Origin: Piedraia hortae CBS 480.64
Lineage: Eukaryota
Length of the DNA: 64,000 nucleotides
NCBI GenBank assembly: GCA_010093745.1
Contig: MU005959.1
Span: forward strand, 362,270 to 426,269
Direction: 5' to 3'
Shown here: in pieces, positions 23,322-33,731 of the stretch
Layout of the letters: every line of letters begins with the position of its first letter
How positions within the stretch are numbered: position 1 is the first letter of the stretch
Made by a program: the position numbers and the translations under genes
The notes under the pieces: generated by a model
What the model was told of the DNA's origin: nothing
What the model saw: only the letters and a program-made list of their open reading frames with translations
Database searches by the model: none

Positions 23322-25400
23322 ATGACCAGCGCCTGCTTGGCCAAAAAGGCCGCCCAAGGCTTTGGAGCACGGCGGACAATATCTTTGCCAAGAGAACGAC
23401 CTTCAGCAACGACCTCACAGATCCGAAATGTTTCGACATCTACCAAAAGATTTGCCCAGGTTGCATCGGCGCAAACGGCGACTCCAGCGCCCCAGAGAGC
23501 AGGGCCCGGTCCAGCTTTCAACCGCAACGATGTGAAGGCACGCGAAATCTACCCGCTACGGCCACACGTGCAGCCCGAAATGGATCACAGCTTGGTGGGC
23601 TTGACCGGCGGCGAGATCTTTCACGAGATGATGCTGCGCCAGGGTGTGAAGCACATCTTTGGCTATCCGGGTGGCGCCATCCTGCCCGTCTTTGACGCAA
23701 TCTACAACAGCAAACACTTCGATTTCATCCTGCCGCGACACGAGCAGGGCGCCGGACATATGGCCGAGGGATATGCCAGAGCATCAGGCAAGCCGGGCGT
23801 TGTCATTGTCACCTCGGGCCCCGGTGCGACCAACGTGGTTACGCCAATGCAGGATGCGCTGATGGATGGCACACCACTAGTTGTCTTTTGCGGCCAGGTT
23901 GTCACCTCAGCTCTGGGCTCAGATGCCTTCCAGGAAGCCGATACCATTGGCATCTCTCGCCCCTGCACCAAGTGGAATGTCATGGTCAAGAACGTGGCCG
24001 AGCTTCCGCGGCGGATAAATGAAGCGTTCGAGATTGCGACTTCGGGTCGGCCAGGTCCTGTGCTGGTCGATTTGCCCAAGGACATTACGGCTGGAAAGCT
24101 GAGCCGTCCGATCCCTGTAGCATCGACGCTGCCCATTCGTCTGCAGACTGGCCCCACGGTTGCAGGAGAGCAGGCCATACAAAATGGCAGCATCAAACGC
24201 GCGGCTGATCTCATCAATATGGCCAAAAAGCCCGTCATCTATGCCGGACAAGGTGTTCTTGGTCATCCCGATGGCCCCAAGCTCCTGCGCGAGCTGTCAG
24301 AAAAGGCGCAAATCCCCGTGTCCACAACTCTTCAAGGCCTTGGTAGCTTTGACGAACTCGATCCAAAGGCGTTGCACATGCTGGGGATGCATGGGTCGGC
24401 ATACGCCAACATGGCCATGCAAGAGGCAGATGTCATCATTGCCTTGGGCGGACGCTTTGATGACCGTGTCACTGGCTCCGTTCCCCGTTTTGCCCCCGAA
24501 GCGCGGAGGGCAGCTTCCGAGGGCCGCGGAGGCATCATTCACTATGACATCCTTGCCAAAAACATCAACAAGGTCGTCCAGGCCACTGAGGCCGTGGAAG
24601 GCGACCTTACTGAGAACCTGCGGGAAACGCTGCCATATGTAGAACCACGTACTCTTGCCCAGCGTCGCGAATGGTTTGATCAGATTGCTGCTTGGAAGAA
24701 GCGTTTTCCCTGGGCCTACGAGGAAGAAGCGGGCCGAGATGTGCTGTGCAAGCCACAGACTGTAATGAAGACTCTGTCTGACCTTGTGGCAGATCGTAAA
24801 CAGGATACCATCATTAGCACCGGTGTAGGTCAGCATCAAATGTGGGCAGCCCAGCACTTCAGATGGCGGTCACCGCGGTCAATGATCACATCAGGCGGCC
24901 TCGGCACCATGGGCTACGGTCTCCCTGCTGCCATCGGAGCCAAAGTGGCACAGCCACACAAACTTGTGGTTGATATAGACGGGGACGCGTCTTTCTTGAT
25001 GACCATGACTGAGCTAGGCACTGCCGCCGAGTTCAACATTGGCTGCAAGATTATTATCCTCAATAATGAAGAACAAGGCATGGTAACGCAATGGCAATCG
25101 TTATTCTATAACGATCGTTTTGCCCATACCCACCAACGAAATCCGAATTTTGTAAAGCTGGCTGAAGCTATGAACGTGCCAGCACGGCGGACATGCACCC
25201 TGGCCACTCTGGAAGACGATTTGAAGTGGTTGGTCGACGATTCTGGTGACGGCCCAGCATTGCTGGAGGTTATGACAGATCAAAAGGTTCCTGTTCTGCC
25301 GATGGTACCCGGTGGCAGTGCTCTGCATGAGTTTTTGGTATATGATGCTGTTAAAGAGAAGGAACGAAGACAGAGGACTAGAGAACGATCTGGGCGATAG
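23322..25400 (+). CDS. ILV2: Acetolactate synthase catalytic subunit, mitochondrial
   Basis: 'FGYPGGAILPV', 'RHEQGAGHMAEGY', 'TSGPGATN', 'MLGMHG', 'TGVGQHQMW', ThDP motif 'GDASF...NN', 'GMVTQWQ'. Confidence 0.98.
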   Translation: MTSACLAKKAAQGFGARRTISLPRERPSATTSQIRNVSTSTKRFAQVASAQTATPAPQRAGPGPAFNRNDVKAREIYPLRPHVQPEMDHSLVGLTGGEIFHEMMLRQGVKHIFGYPGGAILPVFDAIYNSKHFDFILPRHEQGAGHMAEGYARASGKPGVVIVTSGPGATNVVTPMQDALMDGTPLVVFCGQVVTSALGSDAFQEADTIGISRPCTKWNVMVKNVAELPRRINEAFEIATSGRPGPVLVDLPKDITAGKLSRPIPVASTLPIRLQTGPTVAGEQAIQNGSIKRAADLINMAKKPVIYAGQGVLGHPDGPKLLRELSEKAQIPVSTTLQGLGSFDELDPKALHMLGMHGSAYANMAMQEADVIIALGGRFDDRVTGSVPRFAPEARRAASEGRGGIIHYDILAKNINKVVQATEAVEGDLTENLRETLPYVEPRTLAQRREWFDQIAAWKKRFPWAYEEEAGRDVLCKPQTVMKTLSDLVADRKQDTIISTGVGQHQMWAAQHFRWRSPRSMITSGGLGTMGYGLPAAIGAKVAQPHKLVVDIDGDASFLMTMTELGTAAEFNIGCKIIILNNEEQGMVTQWQSLFYNDRFAHTHQRNPNFVKLAEAMNVPARRTCTLATLEDDLKWLVDDSGDGPALLEVMTDQKVPVLPMVPGGSALHEFLVYDAVKEKERRQRTRERSGR

Positions 25401-25803
25401 TAGTAAGTTTGGCTCTTATCTGTTTTATCTAGTATGCAGGCAATCATCGGCAATGTTTAATGCGTATGCATGGCTAAGCGGGTCCAGGTTAGGGGTCAGG
25501 GGTATGGGTACTGTCAATGTCAAAGTTGTCAAGCAGAAGAAGCGACGTCAACGACGAGAAACAGATGTCTATCAGCTCGACTCTAATTGTTGTGGCGTCG
25601 CTACGAACCTGAAAGTTAAAAATAGATTCTCCGCCCATGCATTCGTTCGCCTTCATCTCGCCCTTGATGCTCTTGATGTTCATTCTGCTCTCTGCTCTCT
25701 CTTGATCTCTTTTGTTCGCCTTCATTTCGCAGTTTCATCTTGGTGAAGCAGTTTTGAGAGAGAAAGGGAAGTCCGCGGGCGTCACAGCACCAGCAAAGGC
25801 AGA

Positions 25804-26763
25804 ATGCGGACAGGTCACTTACTCGCCATTCTACTCTTCACAGCGAGCGGATCAGCGTGGCCATGGCCAAGAGGCACGTCACTCTTTCAGCGCGAAGTTG
25901 CCCCCTTGGCGCTACGTGCTGACCAGAGCTCGCAACAACAAAAGCCGTCAGCGGCCGACACGCGACAACAATCAACTGCCCAAGCAACCGAGACTCGATC
26001 CTCTGGGCACGACCAGAAAAGTACAGCAGCAAGTGGCTCAGACGCAAAACAGACGACGGCAGCGTCGGAATCAGGGGCAAAATCATCCGACCAAGCGGTC
26101 TCATCGGGGGTCACGGAAAGCGGCAATCAATCAGGGAAGAACAGCAAAGCCACAAAGACCAGCAGCAAAGGCAAGCACAAGCCGAGCAAAAACGTGACCA
26201 TTTCCGCCGACGCCGGTGTCGGCGGCATCTCTATGCTGACGCCAGCGGCGACAACTAGCAGCTACTACAAGATAGGCGACCACGTCACCTTTGCGTGGAA
26301 CTACACTTCTCTCACAAGCACGCCCTCGGCCGTTGCCGTTCTTGCAAGCTGTTCCTCCAACGCAGCAACATATACCATCGCCTCTAACATGTCTTTTGCC
26401 CAAGGCAGCAACGAGGACAACGCGAATGCATCCCAAGCGGTAACCTGGGACACAAGCAAGTTCCAAAAGACAGCCACCGTAAAACTCCTCACCGCGACCT
26501 ACACGCTCATCGTAATGGACGCAGAAATGCATGATGTTGATTCCACGGCAAGTCCTGGTTACCTGGGCGTCTCGAGGCAGTTCACGTTTGGAATGTATAT
26601 TCCAATGCCTTATGCGAATAACTCGGATAACAAAGTCTACTGCGCTACCTGTAACGGGGCTACTGGATTGTTGCCGGCAAGAGCTGGGCTGGTGGCTTGT
26701 CTGACGGCGGCTGGAGTGGTGTTTGGCTTTACTTGGTTTGCTAACGTGGCCGGCCTTTGGTAA
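25804..26763 (+). CDS. Conserved fungal secreted or membrane-anchored Ser/Thr-rich protein
   Basis: Signal peptide, S/T-rich stalk, conserved beta domain 'GGISMLTP...YYKIGDHVTFAWNYTSL...TYTLIV...FGMYIP...CATCN', C-terminal hydrophobic segment (TM or GPI signal). Confidence 0.8.
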   Translation: MRTGHLLAILLFTASGSAWPWPRGTSLFQREVAPLALRADQSSQQQKPSAADTRQQSTAQATETRSSGHDQKSTAASGSDAKQTTAASESGAKSSDQAVSSGVTESGNQSGKNSKATKTSSKGKHKPSKNVTISADAGVGGISMLTPAATTSSYYKIGDHVTFAWNYTSLTSTPSAVAVLASCSSNAATYTIASNMSFAQGSNEDNANASQAVTWDTSKFQKTATVKLLTATYTLIVMDAEMHDVDSTASPGYLGVSRQFTFGMYIPMPYANNSDNKVYCATCNGATGLLPARAGLVACLTAAGVVFGFTWFANVAGLW

Positions 26764-27124
26764 TCACTTTCTAATCTCATAATATATCTGAACACTGTGC
26801 TTAGGCCGGGGGCGTGAATGACAATCAGGCTCTTTTGCCTGAACCTTTTGTACATTGTGAGCTTCCAATACTATGCACAGTAATTGTGAGAGCCTTTTGG
26901 TCGCTCTATTGGAGAACCATATGGTTGATATAATTGTATTGCCTTTGAAAATGTCCTGCATGAACTAATACTTGGCTAACATCTGTGTCCGCCAAGACGC
27001 TTGACCCAAGAGCGGCTCGGCTCGGCTCGGCCCGCCCAAAAATTCACCGATCGACAACAGTCGCGCATTTCAAATCAAGAACCTGCACTCAGCAACATCA
27101 TCCTCTTCAGCAGCTGCGAATATC

Positions 27125-27673
27125 ATGGCCGTTCCCAGATCCTACACTCGCATTATCAAAACCCCGGCAACCTTCCTCATACCTTTCAAGTCCTGTCGAA
27201 CATCATCGTGGCGAAGTGCTGTCCAAACCAAGGCATCATGGTTTTCAACAACCACCCGTCAATACACACAAATCATTCGCAACCCGCGACTAGACGAATC
27301 AGGCAAGGAAATGTCTATAACTATCACGCCCCGTGCTGCGCATCGCTTGCGAGCCATTGCCGAAGCAGAGAAGAACCCCGACTCAACGCTGCGAGTGACT
27401 GTCGAGTCTGGAGGTTGTCACGGCTTCCAGTATCTCATGAGTTTGGTAAATGCAAATGGCATTGACGCAAAAGAGGACACATTATTTGCAGAAGATGAGA
27501 AGTCTGAAAAGGGCTACATGGCAAAGGTCGTAATGGATGAGCCAAGCTTGGAGTTGCTCAAGGGAAGCAGCATCGACTATACTATGGAACTTATCGGAAG
27601 CCAATTCAAAGTAACAGGGATCCCCGGCGCAAAGAGCAGCTGCGGGTGCGGCACGAGTTTTGACATTTCGTGA
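27125..27673 (+). CDS. ISA2: Mitochondrial iron-sulfur cluster assembly protein Isa2
   Basis: HesB/IscA motifs 'LRVTVESGGCHGFQY' and 'SSCGCGTSF'; 'MELIGSQF'; presequence. Confidence 0.93.
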   Translation: MAVPRSYTRIIKTPATFLIPFKSCRTSSWRSAVQTKASWFSTTTRQYTQIIRNPRLDESGKEMSITITPRAAHRLRAIAEAEKNPDSTLRVTVESGGCHGFQYLMSLVNANGIDAKEDTLFAEDEKSEKGYMAKVVMDEPSLELLKGSSIDYTMELIGSQFKVTGIPGAKSSCGCGTSFDIS

Positions 27674-27776
27674 CGTTGACATCACGTCACATGTAGCTGC
27701 CCCGCCCTGCCCCACCACCTTTTCCTTGCTCTGTTCCCCTTTTTTCCACTTCCGATAATTCTCTCTAACAGCAGTC

Positions 27777-29441
27777 ATGAGTGTGCGCCAAGTTCAAACA
27801 AAGCCGTACCAGGACCAGAAGCCCGGCACTTCGGGTCTTCGTAAGAAGGTCAAGGTGTTTCAGCAGGAGAATTATTCTCAGAACTTTGTTGCTGCCATCT
27901 TGCTGTCCATCCCCGAGGGAGCCAGTGGCTCTACTCTTGTCATTGGTGGAGATGGCCGCTACTGGAATCCCGAGGTCATGCAGATGATTGCCAAGATTGG
28001 AGCTGCTTATGGCGTCAAGAAGCTGTATATCGGTCAGAACGGCATCATGTCGACTCCTGCTGCTTCGCATCTGATCCGGATCAAGAAGGCCACCGGTGGC
28101 ATCTTGCTTACTGCCTCGCACAACCCGGGTGGCCCCACCGAGGACTTTGGTATCAAGTACAACTTGAGTAACGGTGCCCCGGCGCCGGAGGGAGTCACGA
28201 ATAAGATTTACGAAGCTTCCAAGAGCCTTGATTCGTACAAGATTATGGACATTCCAGATGTGGATCTGAGCAAGATTGGCACCCAGAAAGTGGGCCCGCT
28301 TGAGGTCGAGATTGTTGACAGCACAGCAGACTATGTTAAGATGCTGAAGGAGATTTTTGATTTTGACCTGATCAAGAAGTTCTTGAGCAATCACTCTGAT
28401 TTCAAGGTCTTGTTTGACGGCCTCAGCGGTGTCACTGGCAGCTACGGTGTTGACATCTTCGAGAAGGAGCTCGGGTTGAAGAACAGCACGCAGAACTGCG
28501 TTCCCAAGCCCGATTTTGGTGGTCACCACCCCGATCCTAATCTCGTTTATGCCCACTCCCTCGTTGAAGCAGTCGACAAGAACGGCATTCACTTTGGCGC
28601 TGCGTCTGATGGTGATGGTGACCGTAACATGATTTACGGCGCCAAGTCGTTTGTGTCCCCTGGTGATTCTCTAGCCATTATCGCTCACCATGCCGATCTC
28701 ATCCCGTATTTCAAGAAGCAAGGCGTGTACGGCCTCGCGCGTTCCATGCCTACATCTGGTGCCGTGGATCTCGTGGCAAAGAAGAAGGGACTCCAGTCCT
28801 ACGAGGTGCCGACTGGATGGAAGTTCTTCTGCGGTCTCTTTGACGCGGACAAGATGAATATTTGCGGTGAAGAGTCTTTCGGCACTGGCTCCAACCACAT
28901 CCGAGAGAAGGACGGCCTTTGGGCAATTGTGGCGTGGCTCAACATCATTGCCGGCGTTGGTGAGAAGTCTGGCACGACTCCCAGTATCAAGAGCATCCAG
29001 CAGGATTTCTGGAAGACGTACGGCCGCACATTCTTCACCCGCTACGACTACGAGGGCTGCGAGTCTGATGGAGCCAACAAGATGGTGGAGCACATGAAGG
29101 AGCTCATCGGCCCGAAGAAATCCAGCTTTGTCAATTCCAAGGTCGCAGGCCGCACCGTCAAGGAAGCCGATGACTTTAGCTACACTGACCTTGACGGCAG
29201 TGTTAGCAAAAACCAGGGTATCTACGTCAAATTCGACGACGGAAGTCGCATCGTTGTCCGCCTGTCTGGTACCGGCAGCTCCGGCGCGACGATCCGTCTC
29301 TACATTGAAAAACACGAGCAAGACCCCAAGACGTTCGACATGGATGCCCAGGACTATCTTAAAGACAACGTCAAGCTCGCGACGGACCTGTTGAAGTTGC
29401 AGGAATTCATTGGACGCACGGAACCCGATGTTAAGACGTAA
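27777..29441 (+). CDS. PGM2: Phosphoglucomutase
   Basis: 'DQKPGTSGLRKKV', catalytic 'TASHNP', metal loop 'DGDGDR', 'CGEESFG'; strong codon bias. Confidence 0.98.
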   Translation: MSVRQVQTKPYQDQKPGTSGLRKKVKVFQQENYSQNFVAAILLSIPEGASGSTLVIGGDGRYWNPEVMQMIAKIGAAYGVKKLYIGQNGIMSTPAASHLIRIKKATGGILLTASHNPGGPTEDFGIKYNLSNGAPAPEGVTNKIYEASKSLDSYKIMDIPDVDLSKIGTQKVGPLEVEIVDSTADYVKMLKEIFDFDLIKKFLSNHSDFKVLFDGLSGVTGSYGVDIFEKELGLKNSTQNCVPKPDFGGHHPDPNLVYAHSLVEAVDKNGIHFGAASDGDGDRNMIYGAKSFVSPGDSLAIIAHHADLIPYFKKQGVYGLARSMPTSGAVDLVAKKKGLQSYEVPTGWKFFCGLFDADKMNICGEESFGTGSNHIREKDGLWAIVAWLNIIAGVGEKSGTTPSIKSIQQDFWKTYGRTFFTRYDYEGCESDGANKMVEHMKELIGPKKSSFVNSKVAGRTVKEADDFSYTDLDGSVSKNQGIYVKFDDGSRIVVRLSGTGSSGATIRLYIEKHEQDPKTFDMDAQDYLKDNVKLATDLLKLQEFIGRTEPDVKT

Positions 29442-29669
29442 ACAGTCGTCGAATCCTAGAATTATATATATCCTCAGAACCATTGCATTCTTTTTATCCT
29501 TGAGAGCTCACCGCTTTTCTATCCTTGATAATTCAACTTCTTTCCATCCTTGTGAACTCACCGCTTCGGACTGGGAAGTTTAATCTCAGCTTCCCAAAGC
29601 GATGACCATGTATTCCTGTCCTGAATAATCTGGGAGGGCAGTAAAGAAAACAGAGAAAAGATTAGAATG

Positions 29670-32600
29670 TTACGGGCCCCAGAGGAGATCTTTACGAACT
29701 TGATTTGAAGGGTTTTCCTCCGAGGTAGGCTGAGCCGTGTTTTCCGTCATTGGAGCAGTCTGCGAATCCGTCGTAGTTGCGGCAGGTGTAGTTGCACTCT
29801 GCTTATCCGTTGACTGCTTATTCCCCGTGTTCTTACCCCCCTCCTGCACAACAACCTTATCTCTCTCCTCCCGCCTCTTCGCCCTCGAACTAACGGACGA
29901 AGATCTACTATCCAAACTCTTACTTAACACACCCGACGCATCCTCCCCCCTTTTGATGCGAATACTTCCTTTCGCATCCACATTGGCAGCCGCGACCGTC
30001 GTTCGCCCCGGACCGGGCGTAGCGGGGGCGGCTACACTCCTCGAAAGTTCCTCGGTCGCGGTGACGAGAAACCACGTTAATCCGTGCGATAAATCGAAAG
30101 GATTGGGATCCTCACCACCATCGTCCGGGGGGAGGCAGGCCGCCGCGCTGGCGACAAGACTGCTACTGCCATTGTCAGTAGGTAGTGCACTGCCAACAGT
30201 CCTCTTCTCAATCCCGGTAATCCTCGCAACGATGAAATCTCGCTTTGCGAGGTTCATTGAAGGTTTTTCGGAAAGGAAGTAGTGCGGACATCCGATATTA
30301 AATGCCGCCCAAGCACCTTTGACCTGTCCTCTTGTTGGGAGGAAGAGGGCTAGATCGCCTTCTTGAAAATCTTTTACCGTGAGTTTTGAACTCGAGAGAG
30401 ATTTTAACCGGTGGAACCGCTCTTTGTATGCTTCACTTCGCCTTGCGGTGTCTTTTGCTTCTTTGTTGTACTTTTTTGCAGTATATTCGAAGTCCCGCAC
30501 GCGTTTGGCAATTGCTTCGCATAAGACTTCGATGTTGAGAGAGGTAATGGTGGAGAGGTAGTGCGTGAATTGCGATTCTTCGGTGTCGGGGGTTGAGGTG
30601 GACCAGGTTAGGGGTGGGGAGGAGGGTTGAGGGAAAGAGGGTTTGCGTGAGGGAGGGGAAGTCGTGCCTGATTTTAGGAGATCGCTGCTTCCCACGGCGA
30701 GGCGGGATGCGCGTTCGATTACCATTCGCCCATCTTCTTCGTGGGTTATGGCTAGGCCGAGGCGCTCGAGAAGACGAGTTAGGTTCATGTTGTAGGTCCA
30801 TAACCGGTGGGAGACGGTTTGGGCGCGTTCGCCGCGGGATTGGAGGTGTAATTGGGTGGTTTGGAGTTGGGTTATGGTGTCGACGAGTTCGGCGGATGTT
30901 GAGGATATTTGGGTTTGGGCTTGGGTGAGTTGGGAGGTGAGTTGGTTGAGTTGTTCTTTTAGACGGAGGTGGTCGTCTTCTAGTGATTGGATCTTGGACT
31001 GTGAAGTTGTCTGTTCGCTAAGCAGTTGCTCTTCCAGCGATTGGATCCTTGCCTGAGCAGACGCAGCCTCTTCTTTTGCAGAAGAAGTCTTCTCCCTTGC
31101 AGATGCAGATGCCTCCTGTTCACTATTGAGTTGCTCTTCCAGCAACTTGAGCTTGGCGTGTGCAGATGCAGTTTCCTTCCGCTCGTTGTTGAGTCGCTCT
31201 TCCAGCAACTTGCATCTGGCTTGTTCAGCTGTCAGCTCATCTCTACTCCTCTTCAGTTCCTCCTCGACCTGTTCCTTCTGCTCAACAGCATGTGCCAGTT
31301 GCTGGGCATTGGATGCAGTTTCCGACTTTGCCAACGCTACCGCGCTTTCAAGCTCCTGAACATGAGCAGCGGATCGACGAGCTAGCACTTCTAGCTTCTC
31401 AGCAAGCTTATCAAGATCAATTGGCACTTCACACTCCGGAGCCATGTGCCTATGCGCATTGGTAAGAACGTCTCGAACGTCTTGTTGCATGTGTTGCAGG
31501 CGTTCCTCTGCTTCAGTCCTAGCCCTTTCTACAGCTTCCAGACGATGCTCCGCCGCTCTACGCGTAGACTCTTCAGACGCGGAAACCCTGCTATCAACCT
31601 CCTGCGTTCCCATTAACCGATCAATCTCAGCCTCCGCCTCCTCAATCCGCTCTTTGGCCTCGGCAAGTTCCCGCTCCAACGTTCGACGTTCGTGTGCAAA
31701 CTCTCGTTGCTGGGCTTCCATGTTCCGCATGATATCTTGCTTGATTGAAATGGCTTCTTGAGCTTGCTTCTGCGTCTCAGCGTCTGACCGCTTGCTTTCC
31801 TCCTGCTGAGCCCGCAACTTGGCCTCTAGTTCAACGATTTGCTTCGCGAGCCGCTTCTCCTCGGTTGATTTTATCGAAGAAGCCCGTCTTTGTCTTACAG
31901 CCGTCACGTAATCATCCATAGGCTGTGAGGTCAGGAATTCAGTAGAGCCTATAGCGGTTGAAGCAAACGTATCCCCGGCAGTAGTCCGACTCGCCTGAGT
32001 CTGGCGGTGTACAAGGTCCTCTAGCTTCTTCACCCGACTCTTTTGCGCGCGCAGCTCATACTCTAGACGGATGTTAGCCTCACGCAGCGGCTTTGCTTCA
32101 TCGTCGCCTCGCAGGAAGAGTGACCCGTTATTGAAGCCGCCTTCGTTGATGCTGCCCTGTTTAACACCTTTGCCAAGGTTCGTTTGCTTTGCGTCTAGCG
32201 CTTTAATAGCCTGTGTCAGTTCTTTGCTGACTCCACCATTCCCATACAGCTTCTTTACCGTCTGGACGTAATCGTCAAGCTCTTCGCGAGTGACTGCTGG
32301 CCAGATACCCTCTTCATTTTTTAATCTGACTTCCACCCCCAAAGCATCAGTCCGCAATGCCTCCATCTTAAGCACGCTCTCAAGAGACTTTAACCACTTG
32401 GCTCGTCGTTCTTCTTCCTCACGCTGACAAGCAGCAAGATCGTTTTGCAGTGTGACAGACTCACGCTTCATCTTGTCAGCCCATTCGTGGCATCTGACGG
32501 CCTCAACTAACATCTTGCCATAAACCGACGGCAGTCTTGACACCGAGGCAAGCATAGCCAATGCGGCGGAATCGCTCTCAGACGCCTGGATCTGCTTGAT

Positions 32601-33731
32601 CGCAGCGTAGATGAGTGCCAGCTGCGATTCGATGCCAGAGAGGGTCTGCATGTGATCCAGAGCGAGCTCTGCCAGCTTATCTCGCCCTTTATGGAAGCGT
32701 GCAGCCAGCTCGTTCATCTCAATGCAATGCTCAATCAACCTAGGAATGTAGGTTCGCGTGTGAAGGTTTGCAGTCTTTGATGCCTGGCCGATGGACTGCG
32801 GCGTCTGCGGCATGGACATGATGTGCTCGAGATCCGATGTCATCTTATCCGTCATCAGTCGAATTTCCCGGACGAGTTCGGATGGTTCGGATTCGTCCAA
32901 GACTGCTTCCTTACCACTCAGATCTTGAATAGATTGCTTCAGCTTATCGCTGCTTTTGCTGACGCTCTGAATATCATCACTTATCTGGTCAAGACGCTCG
33001 GAAATGTTCCCCGATGCACCCTTGACCGCTGCCACTGCCTTCTCAACTTTAGCCACATCGACAAAGTCTTGCAAAGTAGCTGTTTGTGATGTGGAACTTG
33101 CAGGTACCTGCTGCATAAACGAGATAAACTCGTGTCTGGCTGGTATAACACTTAAGTTCTTCAATTGCCGCTCCCAATCACCCGCAAACCCGTGTTCTTG
33201 CGACTGGTTCCCTCCCCACGCCTGAACAGCCTTGAACTTTTGTTCCGCGTTGGAAACATGCTGCAAAAGACTGGCGACGGCAACGCCCAGGCTTCGTTGG
33301 ATGACTTTCTTCTCGCTTGCCCAGCGTTTGGCATCCTGAGACCGCCTTCTACTACCCTCAAGCAATCCCAGAGCCCAATCTTTTCTCACCCGGATCAACT
33401 CCTGCCACGACCTCAAATCCTCCTGATTTCCAGTACCTTGTGGTGGCGTTCCAGGGTCAAAATCACCAACGTTTGAACTTGTGGGTTCCGAAGCAGACAC
33501 CTCTGCCTTGTTGCGACTTAGACGCTTCGCATCAAATACATACAATTCGTTTTCCACCGAGAGATTCTGCGCCTTGACTTGTTTGCCTTCTAGCGTCAGG
33601 AGGATCTGCTCACGCGATGCGATGCCGGTTCGCTGGGATATCCATGACCGGAGTGCGTCTAGCGATTCTGTTGCATTGGGGTCGAGAGCGAGGCGCTGAC
33701 CGGAATGACCAATGTTAACATGCACCGACAT
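29670..33731 (-). CDS. ATG11: Autophagy-related protein 11
   Basis: 1353 aa. N-terminal ubiquitin-like region, long coiled coils, C-terminal claw 'FQEGDLALFLPTR...WAAFNIGCPHYFL...NPFDLSHGLTWFLV'. Confidence 0.93.
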   Translation of the reverse strand: MSVHVNIGHSGQRLALDPNATESLDALRSWISQRTGIASREQILLTLEGKQVKAQNLSVENELYVFDAKRLSRNKAEVSASEPTSSNVGDFDPGTPPQGTGNQEDLRSWQELIRVRKDWALGLLEGSRRRSQDAKRWASEKKVIQRSLGVAVASLLQHVSNAEQKFKAVQAWGGNQSQEHGFAGDWERQLKNLSVIPARHEFISFMQQVPASSTSQTATLQDFVDVAKVEKAVAAVKGASGNISERLDQISDDIQSVSKSSDKLKQSIQDLSGKEAVLDESEPSELVREIRLMTDKMTSDLEHIMSMPQTPQSIGQASKTANLHTRTYIPRLIEHCIEMNELAARFHKGRDKLAELALDHMQTLSGIESQLALIYAAIKQIQASESDSAALAMLASVSRLPSVYGKMLVEAVRCHEWADKMKRESVTLQNDLAACQREEEERRAKWLKSLESVLKMEALRTDALGVEVRLKNEEGIWPAVTREELDDYVQTVKKLYGNGGVSKELTQAIKALDAKQTNLGKGVKQGSINEGGFNNGSLFLRGDDEAKPLREANIRLEYELRAQKSRVKKLEDLVHRQTQASRTTAGDTFASTAIGSTEFLTSQPMDDYVTAVRQRRASSIKSTEEKRLAKQIVELEAKLRAQQEESKRSDAETQKQAQEAISIKQDIMRNMEAQQREFAHERRTLERELAEAKERIEEAEAEIDRLMGTQEVDSRVSASEESTRRAAEHRLEAVERARTEAEERLQHMQQDVRDVLTNAHRHMAPECEVPIDLDKLAEKLEVLARRSAAHVQELESAVALAKSETASNAQQLAHAVEQKEQVEEELKRSRDELTAEQARCKLLEERLNNERKETASAHAKLKLLEEQLNSEQEASASAREKTSSAKEEAASAQARIQSLEEQLLSEQTTSQSKIQSLEDDHLRLKEQLNQLTSQLTQAQTQISSTSAELVDTITQLQTTQLHLQSRGERAQTVSHRLWTYNMNLTRLLERLGLAITHEEDGRMVIERASRLAVGSSDLLKSGTTSPPSRKPSFPQPSSPPLTWSTSTPDTEESQFTHYLSTITSLNIEVLCEAIAKRVRDFEYTAKKYNKEAKDTARRSEAYKERFHRLKSLSSSKLTVKDFQEGDLALFLPTRGQVKGAWAAFNIGCPHYFLSEKPSMNLAKRDFIVARITGIEKRTVGSALPTDNGSSSLVASAAACLPPDDGGEDPNPFDLSHGLTWFLVTATEELSRSVAAPATPGPGRTTVAAANVDAKGSIRIKRGEDASGVLSKSLDSRSSSVSSRAKRREERDKVVVQEGGKNTGNKQSTDKQSATTPAATTTDSQTAPMTENTAQPTSEENPSNQVRKDLLWGP

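Noticed and set aside
25640..25735. 17-nt direct repeat GTTCGCCTTCAT(C/T)TCGC and a 78-aa minus-strand ORF
   Set aside because: Only two copies in a pyrimidine-rich promoter or leader region; not a CRISPR array or a credible gene.
27765..29483. Long antisense ORFs (275 and 270 aa) opposite PGM2
   Set aside because: Expected shadow of strong C/G-ending codon bias in a highly expressed gene; no independent motifs.
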